DNA of 60,492 bases, filler included. It is 6 parts of 6 records of this genome, joined end to end, with 100 filler letters (N's around TTAATTAATTAA, not from the genome) between each part and the next. Parts side by side here need not be neighbours in the genome. Positions count along the whole stretch, not along the records: positions 42,498 to 53,964 come from DRR723986_18147; positions 54,065 to 60,492 come from DRR723986_18152; 4 more parts are not named here. One strand, given 5' to 3'. Numbering within the stretch: position 1 is the first letter of the stretch; each line of letters begins with the position of its first letter. This document shows positions 50,401-58,995 of this stretch, piece after piece. The translations under genes were made by a program, and so were the position numbers. A model generated the notes under the pieces. The model worked only from the letters and a program-made list of their open reading frames with translations, was not told where the DNA came from and did no database searches.

Positions 50401-52468
50401 GAACGCAACTACCGGTGATTCGGTAAGTTCGAAGCCACTGAGTCAGGCTGGTGCAGGCCTTCCAGTGTTCGTCACGGTGACCGATGCCATTGGCAACCAG
50501 GCCACAGATAACCTGGTGCTGACCTTTGGCGGCCAGGGCCAGCAACTGGCCATCGCGGGTGGCAAGTCGGTGGCTATTGCCGGCCTGGAGGCTGTGATGT
50601 CTGCCCAGGTACTTAATGCCGACCCGGCGGCAACCCTCGTCTGGGTATGGAAGCAGCTCACCGGCCCGACGGTGGCGCTGAGTGATGCCTCGTCCAGCGC
50701 CCCGCGCTTTACTGCCCCCAACAACAAGGGTGAGCTTACCTTCGAGACCACGCTCACCGAGAACGGCGGCGCGGCGCGCTCAGCGACCCGGGTATTCACG
50801 GTGGATGTGATCGACCCTCCTGCACTGGCTGTCGCGACCACGCCAACGCTGTATGGCTTAAAGGGCGGTACCTTGTCGTTGACTGCGCAGGTAACCCTGG
50901 CGGACGGCTCTGCGGCCGCGCCCGTGGACGTCAAGCGAATTGAGTGGAAAGAAGGTAACCCGGCCTGCGGTCACGTGATCAACAATGGTAGCGCCACCGG
51001 GCAGACCGACCTGACCGCGACCGTAACCCTCAGTGGATCTGTAGGCACCTGTATCTTCGAGGTGATCGCCACGGAGCCCAATGACCAGACCGTCAAGCAG
51101 CAGGTCACTGTTCAGGTCACCGAGCCGGTGGTATTGGCCCCGGACCAGGGGAGCCAGAACGTCAAGGCCGGCAGCCCGGTGCAATTGACGGTGCCTGTGG
51201 CGGCAGGACGACAGGTGACCTGGACCCAGACCGGCGGTACGTCGGTGACGATAAACAACGGCAATACCGCGCAGGCCAATTTCAAAGCGCCGGAAGCGCC
51301 CAACGGTGATTTGACCCTGACCTTTGAGGCAAAAATCAAGGACCCGGATGAAACGGTTACCGTCACGGTCCTGGTGCACAAGCCGCAGCTGTCATTAACA
51401 TTTAGTCCTTTACAAGCCACCCTTGACCCGGGCGGCAAGGTGGTCTTTTCATTAACGGTTCTTGATAAGGATACCGGCTTGGCTGCGGACCCCACCGACT
51501 ATACGGTGTTCTGGAAACTGACAAATCTTCAACCCTATAGTTCCTTTATTCAGGCAAAGCCGATCGTAAGTCCCAGTAATGTGTTGGAGCTGACGCGCGA
51601 TGCTGACAATACTAAGGGGTTCCCGGGTCCAACCACGGTCACCATACCGGTGAGAGTGTCGTCGACAACGGCCGGGCAATATGTAGGTGCGACTGACGTT
51701 GTGTCTGTTGTCGTGTCTCCCAAGGCAGTCACTACCAGCACGGGAACTGGCACCACGATTACTGGTGCCCCCTCGCAAGCACCTTCGGCTGCTGCTTTCC
51801 TCTCAGCCTTGCTGGCGGTCAACACTGATCTAAACAGCGGCGTCTTCCCAGCCGGTTCTGAACAAACCCTGCATGGGGCACTTCCTCGGCCTTTTAAGGG
51901 CACTTATGAGTGGAAAAATGGGCCTTTCCTTAACCCTAATACTGGCGACAATCCCAAGGCCCCATTCAAGCCGGTGGCAGCCTGTGCTCGAAACACCGGT
52001 ATCATCGAGGTGACAGCTACGCTCACAGAGCCTCCAACCCTGAAAGGCAAGACGGTGACCACTACTCTGGAATACAAATCCGCGCGTGAGGGGAAGCCAC
52101 CGAGCTGCGTTCTTTGCCGGGGCCCCAAGTTTATCTGCGAGCGAGCGCATGCGGTTAAGCAGTGCGGCAAACCAGAACAACAGTACTGCGTTAATGACGT
52201 AGAGAACCTGACCGATGGCTCCCGCTATGTGACGCGCCGCTGCGCGACCAAGAACGAGGTTGAAACATTTCTCAACAAAGGGGAGAACGCCCTCGACAGA
52301 TGTAAGAAATATAATGTGAAAGAGCTTTCAGATACCCATTTTTCCTGCAGTTATGCCTGTAAAGGCGAAAACTGTAATCTCGAGACTGTTCCCAGCATCA
52401 ACCGTGTCAATGATGAGAGCGACCTTGTTGCCACACCAACTGATCCCTGCCCCCCGGAAACGCCCTGA
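47405..52468 (+). CDS. Giant surface lipoprotein with PKD/Ig-like repeats and Cys-rich C-terminal domain (putative adhesin)
   Basis: Lipobox LLTA-C; about 14-15 repeats with Y.W.Q..G / F.AP / VTVTD motifs; 10-Cys terminal domain. Confidence 0.88.
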   Translation: MTTFKLFALSLFTAVLLTACGDGSGGSSGSGGDTAVYELTISGPDSVERGAVVTLSAQITRDGVATEPDDGYTWSQVDGEEVGLTVGEASDEVFFYVPDSGDSVTVRAEAVADGRNLSGTFEVAITDVAPSAGVPESLEIQGPVRVGIGHQVRLNAVYTRNAEISDAAVTWQQDDGPAVGTSTDGMALEFTAPDISIDTPLLFSATVEQPDGILLVTFYEVTVTVGEIGFGNQVNPDGQQLPQSGLGQANLTQRPVLPGATVLLTSQGLLTGGGTGVTYQWQQTGGTPVQLINPNSANTSFVAPQQAGGAGQKLTFVVTATGPGGQSATQTQVVNVARPSNFVPSQAGAQHQVYNGHGPITLTAGTLGGAQPLSYAWYEGTTVTGGKPITGATGGSYTVTPPSVNQNTTFNYVVRVTDANGHTLDIRHSIDVVSGGQGGGQPPANSQPLAVTFPSQAPLTVIEGDRIAPVAAASGGSGNYAYQWSVDTGKVGVISGQNSATPIFELLGTGGASQKVYLTVRVTDGTTDANGSPTQVTQSIALTVLPVFRIDNHQNQAGSAGGTGPGSSTNTPAVVESGKAFHPSVGVQQTGKAGGSFSYQWTIASPDPLPPGLTVNIAGANTQNPVVVASGASGNTQIRLKAVVTYTAPNGKIYTQTTGSSFTSAPATTPLRPGMTISLPGHADVHPGRTVHPSVSVANPVGTPRYQWAQVSGPAVTLVSVDKASTEFVAPKVSGHSDIVLEVTVSDASGNPPRVGRVTYSVDPLVPPSLAMTVVPSAGGNVYENQLVKPTAKVLHAECGSSGAGCPAYQWSVTRQANTTISLSNADTAAPSFVVPAGGGVLELEVAVTDDRGTERGSVRYQFVDSIEVTTKAPASGVAEGASVQLLASVINNSGQVSYQWTAINNGKLVKLKDDDTRQVTVVAQGVDKDSVVTLRVTAKDASNNEASADVSLTIKNRLFSVDVGADQVVPLGQSTSLHAVASGGLPPFSYSWSPAGLLNATTGDSVSSKPLSQAGAGLPVFVTVTDAIGNQATDNLVLTFGGQGQQLAIAGGKSVAIAGLEAVMSAQVLNADPAATLVWVWKQLTGPTVALSDASSSAPRFTAPNNKGELTFETTLTENGGAARSATRVFTVDVIDPPALAVATTPTLYGLKGGTLSLTAQVTLADGSAAAPVDVKRIEWKEGNPACGHVINNGSATGQTDLTATVTLSGSVGTCIFEVIATEPNDQTVKQQVTVQVTEPVVLAPDQGSQNVKAGSPVQLTVPVAAGRQVTWTQTGGTSVTINNGNTAQANFKAPEAPNGDLTLTFEAKIKDPDETVTVTVLVHKPQLSLTFSPLQATLDPGGKVVFSLTVLDKDTGLAADPTDYTVFWKLTNLQPYSSFIQAKPIVSPSNVLELTRDADNTKGFPGPTTVTIPVRVSSTTAGQYVGATDVVSVVVSPKAVTTSTGTGTTITGAPSQAPSAAAFLSALLAVNTDLNSGVFPAGSEQTLHGALPRPFKGTYEWKNGPFLNPNTGDNPKAPFKPVAACARNTGIIEVTATLTEPPTLKGKTVTTTLEYKSAREGKPPSCVLCRGPKFICERAHAVKQCGKPEQQYCVNDVENLTDGSRYVTRRCATKNEVETFLNKGENALDRCKKYNVKELSDTHFSCSYACKGENCNLETVPSINRVNDESDLVATPTDPCPPETP

Positions 52469-52481
52469 CGTGTTTTCGCTA

Positions 52482-52512
52482 CTGCCCCGGAGCGCCTGGC
52501 GCTCTGGGGCAG
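52482..52512 (+). terminator. GC-rich hairpin after adhesin gene
   Basis: CTGCCCCGGAGCGC-CTG-GCGCTCTGGGGCAG; weak U tract. Confidence 0.5.
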
Positions 52513-52661
52513 GTCAGTTCCACAGTTTTCAGGGCTATCGCAGTCCTGCGGCGCATACACCTGCCGTTAACCCTGTCTTCCGGCAAAGCGCTGGACGGCA
52601 ATAGCCTATGGTGTAATGCTATTGGTTCGGGTTACATCAATAATCGACGGGTTCCAGGGCC

Positions 52662-52991
52662 ATGGCTGACAACACCGGCGATCGTGACGAAGACCTGAAC
52701 CGGGAGACCGGAGAGCCGTCTTCGACTGATTCGCAGCCAAAAGTGATTGCGAAGAAGGTCACGCCACGGGCGACGGAACTGGAGCCTACGGTGTTCCTTG
52801 GCGACGATGCGGATGACGATCAGTTAGACCCGACCGTGGTGCTGGGCGACAACCAGAACGACGGCCAGTTGGATCCCACGGTAGTGCACGCGCTGGAGTC
52901 GGTGGGGTGTGACCAGATCTGCTCGAATATACCCAGCCGGTTGGATACTTCGGATGTTCCCCGCCAAAGCTCACGGCCCCACTGTGTTTGA
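52662..52991 (+). CDS. Short acidic ORF with three L(D/E)PTV repeats, possibly a truncated gene
   Basis: LEPTVFLGD / LDPTVVLGD / LDPTVVH; coding-like 5' part. Confidence 0.4.
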   Translation: MADNTGDRDEDLNRETGEPSSTDSQPKVIAKKVTPRATELEPTVFLGDDADDDQLDPTVVLGDNQNDGQLDPTVVHALESVGCDQICSNIPSRLDTSDVPRQSSRPHCV

Positions 52992-53055
52992 CTTCAACTC
53001 TGTCGGAGTCGACGCAGCATGCTGTCACCAGGCAATATCGGCGGATCACGCCCGT

Positions 53056-53964
53056 TTAATCCCTCATGCCCTGATGGCGGACATAATCAAGACTCTGATC
53101 CAAAGCCTTGGCCAGAGCATCCAGCAGCTCATCTATCTGTTCTTCAGTAATAATAAGTGGCGGGCATAAGGCGAGCGCCGTGCCACCAACAGCGCGGGCG
53201 ATCAGCCCGTGATCAGCACAGGCTTGCTGCAGGTAAGCGGCAGCCGCCGGAGGCATAGGCTCAGCACTCTTCTTGTCGGCGACGATCTCGACTGCCGCGA
53301 TAAGCCCGCGGCCGCGAACCTCCCCCACCAACTCATGCTCTGCCAGACGCGCCAGCTTGGACTGAAAGTATTCGCCCACGCGAGCGGCCTTGGCGAAAAT
53401 ATCATCCCGCTCATAAATCTCCAGCGTCTTTAAGGCTACCGCACAGGCCAGGGGGTGGCCGGAGTAGGTATACCCATGACCAAAGACGCCGACTGCGGCA
53501 GAGGGCTCGACCAATGCCTCGTACATATCACCTCGAATCGCAGAAGCGCCGATGGGTACGTAAGCCGACGAGAGCTGCTTGGCCAGGGTCATCATATCCG
53601 GGCTTTTTATATTGACTGTTGTACAACCGAAGTCGTTACCCGTACGCCCAAAGCCGCATATCACCTCGTCCGCCCAGAACAGGATATCGTAGCGATCAAG
53701 CAAGGCCTGAACCTTTTCATAATACCCCGCTGGCGGAACAATCACGCCACTGGCTCCGGTAATCGGCTCAGCCAGGAATGCCGCAATCGTTTCCGGACCT
53801 TCCGCCAGTATCAGTCGCTCCAGATTGCCCACGATGCGCTCCACAAACTGCGCCTCGCTTTCGCCGGGCTTTGCGCCACGGTAATAGTGCGGGTGATCTG
53901 TGCGCAGAACACCAATGGCCTCGATGGGCGGATCGACCTGCCTGCATTAACTGGTCCAGGTTGA
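53056..53964 (-). CDS. Class III (omega) aminotransferase, 5' truncated
   Basis: IAAFLAEP, DEVICGFGRTG, TLAKQLSS PLP lysine, HGYTYSGHP. Confidence 0.92.
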
Positions 53965-54064
53965 NNNNNNNNNNNNNNNNNNNNNNNNNNNNNNNNNNNN
54001 NNNNNNNNTTAATTAATTAANNNNNNNNNNNNNNNNNNNNNNNNNNNNNNNNNNNNNNNNNNNN
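53965..54064. other. Assembly spacer (contig join)
   Basis: N run with TTAATTAATTAA linker. Confidence 0.99.
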
Positions 54065-54498
54065 CATCCCACCCTTGGTTCTACCGATCGCTCGACCACG
54101 CCCCCCTTTTTTGCCCGCAGGCTGGAGGCCGTGCGGTGCGCCTTGAGATGGGTCGCGTCAATCATGACGGTGCTTGTCTCGGCCCCCTTATTGGCCAGCT
54201 CGACAAGGATCCTGCCGAAGACGCCCATCTCGCTCCACCGGCGCCATCGGTTATAGAGTGTCTTGTGAGGGCCGTATTCCCTGGGCGCATCACGCCAGCG
54301 CAAGCCATTGCGATTAATAAGTATAATCCCACTGAGGACGCGCCTGTCATCGACTCTCGGACGGCCTCGGCTCTTCGGAAAGAACGGTCGAAGGCGCTCC
54401 ATCTGCGCCTCCGTGAGCCAAAAAAGATCGCTTATGGTGCAGGTCTCCACGACGCCCCTGCATCACCTTGTCCGTCAAATCTTAATGAGGCCTGACCC
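54065..54498 (-). mobile_element. IS5-family (IS427-like) element, left part with frameshifted transposase
   Basis: LFWLT..GRPRVDDRRVLSGI..NGLRWRDAP..YGPHKTLYNRW..MIDATHLKAH; A6G6 slippery run leads to GRAIGRTKGG in another frame; terminal IR GGGTCAGGCCTCATTAA next to CTAG. Confidence 0.9.
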
Positions 54499-54501
54499 TA
54501 G

Positions 54502-54612
54502 GATTACAGCTGTAACCCGGATTGTCCGATCAACATCATCGTGCCCTGGTCGGCGGGGGGGGCAACTGATCCAGTCACCCGTCTCGTCGCGCCTATCTTG
54601 GAAGAGGCACAG
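54502..54612 (+). pseudogene. Bug/TctC (tripartite tricarboxylate receptor) gene remnant
   Basis: Frame reads PDCPINIIVPWSAGGATDPVTRLVAPILEE, the Bug N-terminal motif; no start and no continuation. Confidence 0.6.
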
Positions 54613-54667
54613 CGCCAGGTTGTCTGTCGCACGAGAGACGGCCTGGCTCCCTCGTGCGACGTAGCGC

Positions 54668-56314
54668 TCACGCCTCGGAATGCAGACTGGGCACGCCGCG
54701 ACGCGCACGGATCGCGTCCTTGATGACCGCCTTTGCCAAGGCTAAGCACATCAGGAACATGACGAGGCTGAAGGGCAGCGCACCGATCACCATGGCAGTC
54801 TTGATGGCGCCCAGCCCGCCGACCAGCAGAAGACCACCGACGACTAGGCTGAGAGCCACGCCCCAGAAGATGATGTGCGCTCGGCCCTTCGGGCTTTCCT
54901 CACCGGCTGCGTTGATGGTGTTTACGATCAGGATCGCCGAGTCCGCCGTGGTCACGAGGTAGGTCAGCAGCAGCACCACGACGATCGCGGCCATGATCCA
55001 GGCCAGTCCGCCACTGAGCATAAGGTCCAGCATGACGAAGAGCTGGCTTTCCTGCCCCGCGCTCGAGATCGCATCAGCCGCCGTCCCGTTCAGGGTCATG
55101 TCAATGGCCGTTCCGCCGACCAGCGCGAACCAGACGAAGCACATGAGCGACGGCACGATGATCGCGCCAATGACATATTCGCGGATGCTGCGCCCGCGCG
55201 AGATCCGGGCAAGGAACACGCCGACGAAAGGTGCGAAGGCGATCCACCAGGCCCAGTAGAAGACCGACCAGCCGCCTTGCCAAGCCGCCAGAGCATCACC
55301 GGTCTCGGTGCCGTCGGCGTGCCAGACCGTGAACAACAGGCTCGGCAATTCCACGACATAGGCGATCAGCCCGTCGAACAGCGCGGTGAACCCGAAGAAG
55401 GTCGATCCGAAAAGTATAAAGAACGCCAGCAGGAAAAGGCTAAACCCCATGTTGATGTTCGAGAGCCACTTGATGCCCTTGCCCACGCCCGACAAGGCCG
55501 ACAGCGTCGAGGCGCCAAGGATCACCACCAGCGCCAGGACAATGCCCGCCGAACTGGGCTTGCCGTCGGCCAGGACGATCCAGTCACCAAGTCCCACGCG
55601 ACTGAGCCCGGCGATGAACTGCTCGACGCCAAATCCCAGCGTCTGCGCGACGCCTAGAATGGTAGCGACCACCGCGACGATATCCACCACATGCCCGATC
55701 GGCCCCGACAACCGGGTGCCAAACAGCGGGGTCAGCGCAGAGCGCACAGTCAGCGGCAGATTGCGGCGATAGGAAAAGTAGGCCAACGCCAGCCCGACCA
55801 GTGCATAGCAGGCCCATGCGGAAAAGCCCCAGTGCAGGAAGGACCAGACATAGGCAGCGGTCACGTTGTCGGCGCCCGATGCGGTGGTCTGTCCGAGGAT
55901 GACATTGGGGTTGTCGGCGAAGTGATACATCGGCTCGGCTGTGGCGAAGGTCAGCATGCCCACCCCGATGCCCGCCCCGAACATCATCGAGAACCACGAG
56001 AACCGCGTAAATTCCGGGCGATCTTCGGACAGGCCAAGTCTCAGCCTGCCGGTCATCGGCACCAGGGCAAGGCCGATGCACAGCAGAAAGAACGCTGCCA
56101 CGACGTAGATATACCAAGACGCAAAGCTCTTCAGGATCGCGCCGTTCAGCGCGTTCAGGACGGTCTCCGCGTTATGCGGCAGGGCGATGGCCCAGACGAT
56201 CAGCGCGCTGACCAGCAGCTTGGACGGGATCGCCACGCTCTTGGCGAAGCCCGAGTAGAACCCGCGATCTGCAGTCGGGATATCCAGTTCCATCAAAGGG
56301 GGTTTGTTTGTCAT
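54668..56314 (-). CDS. BCCT family transporter, probable DMSP importer (DddT-like)
   Basis: SWFSMMFGAGIGVG, HWGFSAW, GIKWLSN, FYWAWWIAFAPFVG.FLARISRGR; downstream of dddD. Confidence 0.88.
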   Translation of the reverse strand: MTNKPPLMELDIPTADRGFYSGFAKSVAIPSKLLVSALIVWAIALPHNAETVLNALNGAILKSFASWYIYVVAAFFLLCIGLALVPMTGRLRLGLSEDRPEFTRFSWFSMMFGAGIGVGMLTFATAEPMYHFADNPNVILGQTTASGADNVTAAYVWSFLHWGFSAWACYALVGLALAYFSYRRNLPLTVRSALTPLFGTRLSGPIGHVVDIVAVVATILGVAQTLGFGVEQFIAGLSRVGLGDWIVLADGKPSSAGIVLALVVILGASTLSALSGVGKGIKWLSNINMGFSLFLLAFFILFGSTFFGFTALFDGLIAYVVELPSLLFTVWHADGTETGDALAAWQGGWSVFYWAWWIAFAPFVGVFLARISRGRSIREYVIGAIIVPSLMCFVWFALVGGTAIDMTLNGTAADAISSAGQESQLFVMLDLMLSGGLAWIMAAIVVVLLLTYLVTTADSAILIVNTINAAGEESPKGRAHIIFWGVALSLVVGGLLLVGGLGAIKTAMVIGALPFSLVMFLMCLALAKAVIKDAIRARRGVPSLHSEA

Positions 56315-56458
56315 CTCTCCTCCGTTCAGACAAATGAGGACCGGACAGCCTCCTCCGTTTGCCGCGCAGGGCTGCGCGACAGAGCTGTTCCGGGCCGTTG
56401 GGAAACTGCGGTGCACCGCAAGGCAGGGGCAGGCAAATCTGCTCGCCCCGAACTCCCC

Positions 56459-58969
56459 TCAGCTGGGCAGGTATTCCGTGCTCCAGCTTTCGCTGAGCTG
56501 TCCGGATTTCAACATCTTCTCGATAGCCGCTTCGGAGTAGCCGAGGTCGGTCAGGATGGCGCGCGTCGACGCACCGAACTTCTCAGTGGGCGACAAGGCG
56601 GAAACCTTTCCGCGCGTCGAACGCACCGCGTAGGGATCAAGTTGGATCACATCGTGGCCACTGGGATGGTCGCTGTATTGCGAGAAGGAATAGCTGCCGC
56701 GATCGGTGCCGGGCGTGCCGTCCGGTTCCCGCGTGTTCTCGGAGCGCAGCGCGTCGATGTTGTTGCAGATGGCACAGCCGATGTCCGCCGCGCGCAGGCG
56801 TGAGATCCACTCCGTGGCGGGGTGCATCTGAAAGGCTCCGGCCAAGTAGGCAGCCCGTTCGTCTTCGGGCAGGTCCGGCAGATCCGACAGATCCTCGACA
56901 TTGCGGAAACGCGGAAGATCGCTCTCATACGCGCAGAGCAGCATGTAGATGCCCGATGCCGTGCTGTAGAAACGGCTCAGGGAGTCGTAGCCGTTGACCT
57001 CCGGACCGGACGGTTCGTCGAACAGTCCCCGGCCGCGGAAATCGTAGGCGAAGGGCACCTGAAGCAGTCCGCTGTTGGCTGAAAGCGACGTCCGGCCGCG
57101 TCCGATCCGGCCAAATCGGTGTTTCTGGTAGAGCGCGGCAGCCACGGCCAGCGCCCCGCCGAAGCCGCACATCACGTCGATCGTGCCGACGTGCGCGTGT
57201 TCCTCAGGGCGGTCCATCGAGCCGCCGAAGCGCAGCATGATCCCAGTGGTTGCCTGCACGAGGTCGTCATAACCGATGTAATCGGTGCGCGTGCCGCGCC
57301 GGACACCGCCGAAGCAGTCTAGCTTGCAGAAGATCGCCTCGGGGTTCAGTTTGCGCAGGCTTTCCGCGTCCAGTCCCATGCGCCTGATCTGGCTGTCCGG
57401 CGCATTCCAGAAGATCACGTCGACGGACTTCACGAGATCTTCGAAGACCTTGCGCCCATGCTCCGATTTGACGTCAGCGAGGATCGACTTCTTCCCTCGG
57501 CCTTGGCTGAGACCGTAGATCACCGTGTTCCAGCTGTCATACAGCGGCTGCGCCGGGTCGATCTTGATGACCTCCGCACCGAACCGCGCGAGGTAGCTGG
57601 CCGAATGCGGACCGGCAATGACGTTGCACATGTCCAGCACGCGCACGCCCGAAAGCCAGCCCTCCTGTTCGACGCCGTCTTCGGCATCCGGGATTTCTGT
57701 GCGCAGCTTGCGAAGCACTTTAAGCGCCTCGTCGAAGGTCACCCAGCGGCGCGGCGCGGGGCTCAGAGCCTCCTCACCGCTTTCCTCCATCCAGACCACC
57801 GGGCCTGGCTGGATCATTTCGCCGTATTCCGGATCCCAGACGTCGATCATCAGGCCCGAGGTTTCGGCGTATTCGTCGTTGATCCATTCCTGAAGCCAGC
57901 GCTGCGGCGCACCCGGAATGCCGGCCCGACCGAACATCCGCTTCCACTCGTGCGAGGTGCGGGTCATGAAGACCTCTTTCATCCGCGCAGCGATCTTGTC
58001 GGCCCAGAACTTCGGCATTGGATAGACCCCGAGCGACGTATCAGACACCCATTCGGACTGCGGCTTGTAGGTGTCTTCCTCTTCCTGCAGGCCCTCGGCG
58101 ATCATCTCGTCATATAGGCCCAGCACCTCGAGACAGCGGCGCGCGTGATACTTGTGGCTCGGGCAGACGACATAGAACCCGCGCCCGTCTTTGCACATGT
58201 AACTGCGGAAGAACGGGTCGAGCAGTTCCTGCAACTCCGGGTAGGTGACATTCATCGGCAGGCCCTCGATGCGGCGCCGCTCGATCTCAATTTCCCGCTG
58301 TGTCAAGTATCGCACCGGCATGTCGCCGACCTTGATGGAGTTGTAGCACAGTCCCTCCATCACCGCCGCCGCCAGAGGCACCTCGATCTGGTCGCCAAGC
58401 CCGGTCAGCTGCCGCGATTGCAGCGCCAGCACCGTGGCGGAGGCCGCGATCTGCGAGGCATAGGCCGATGCCAGCGGCAGCGGCGAGAAGGATGGGTTCA
58501 GCCCCATCAGCACCCGGTTCAGCCCCATGTCGGTGAAGACCCCGGAGCTGGCCGCGACGACGCTTTCAAAGGCGCGCTGCTCACGGCGCTCCTCGTCGTT
58601 CGATGCAAAGCCCGGAAGGGACACCGTGATCAGCTCGGGGCGCTCCTTGCGCATCTCGGCAAAGTCGATCCCCAGCGCGGTAAGCTTTCCGGGGCGGAAG
58701 TTCTCGACGATGATGTCGGCCTCCGCACACAGGGCCCGGACCTCGGCCAGACCCTGTTCGGACTTGAGGTCGAGGTTCACGATCAGCTTGTTGCGCATGA
58801 GCGTGGCATTGGCCGGGCTGTCCCACATCGGGCCATCCGGCGGGTCGATATGAACGACCGTCGCGCCAAGATCACCCAACAACATGGCGACGGCAGGCCC
58901 CGCGATATACTGCCCGAAATCAACGACCTTGACGCCGGTGAGCGGCAGGTTTGAAAAAGAAGTGCGCAT
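56459..58969 (-). CDS. dddD: Tandem-domain class III CoA-transferase, probable DMSP CoA-transferase/lyase
   Basis: About 836 aa with two CaiB halves (PLTGVKVVDFGQYIAGP; LSGVRVLDMCNVIAGP), GYDDLVQA catalytic Asp; flanked by BCCT and GMC genes. Confidence 0.85.
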   Translation of the reverse strand: MRTSFSNLPLTGVKVVDFGQYIAGPAVAMLLGDLGATVVHIDPPDGPMWDSPANATLMRNKLIVNLDLKSEQGLAEVRALCAEADIIVENFRPGKLTALGIDFAEMRKERPELITVSLPGFASNDEERREQRAFESVVAASSGVFTDMGLNRVLMGLNPSFSPLPLASAYASQIAASATVLALQSRQLTGLGDQIEVPLAAAVMEGLCYNSIKVGDMPVRYLTQREIEIERRRIEGLPMNVTYPELQELLDPFFRSYMCKDGRGFYVVCPSHKYHARRCLEVLGLYDEMIAEGLQEEEDTYKPQSEWVSDTSLGVYPMPKFWADKIAARMKEVFMTRTSHEWKRMFGRAGIPGAPQRWLQEWINDEYAETSGLMIDVWDPEYGEMIQPGPVVWMEESGEEALSPAPRRWVTFDEALKVLRKLRTEIPDAEDGVEQEGWLSGVRVLDMCNVIAGPHSASYLARFGAEVIKIDPAQPLYDSWNTVIYGLSQGRGKKSILADVKSEHGRKVFEDLVKSVDVIFWNAPDSQIRRMGLDAESLRKLNPEAIFCKLDCFGGVRRGTRTDYIGYDDLVQATTGIMLRFGGSMDRPEEHAHVGTIDVMCGFGGALAVAAALYQKHRFGRIGRGRTSLSANSGLLQVPFAYDFRGRGLFDEPSGPEVNGYDSLSRFYSTASGIYMLLCAYESDLPRFRNVEDLSDLPDLPEDERAAYLAGAFQMHPATEWISRLRAADIGCAICNNIDALRSENTREPDGTPGTDRGSYSFSQYSDHPSGHDVIQLDPYAVRSTRGKVSALSPTEKFGASTRAILTDLGYSEAAIEKMLKSGQLSESWSTEYLPS

Positions 58970-58995
58970 GGTTCCTCCGCGGTTGGACGCACGTG

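Noticed and set aside
16577-54064. Five identical TTAATTAATTAA motifs within N runs, and ORFs containing X that cross them
   Set aside because: Artificial contig linkers. Genes on different sides of a gap must not be treated as neighbours.
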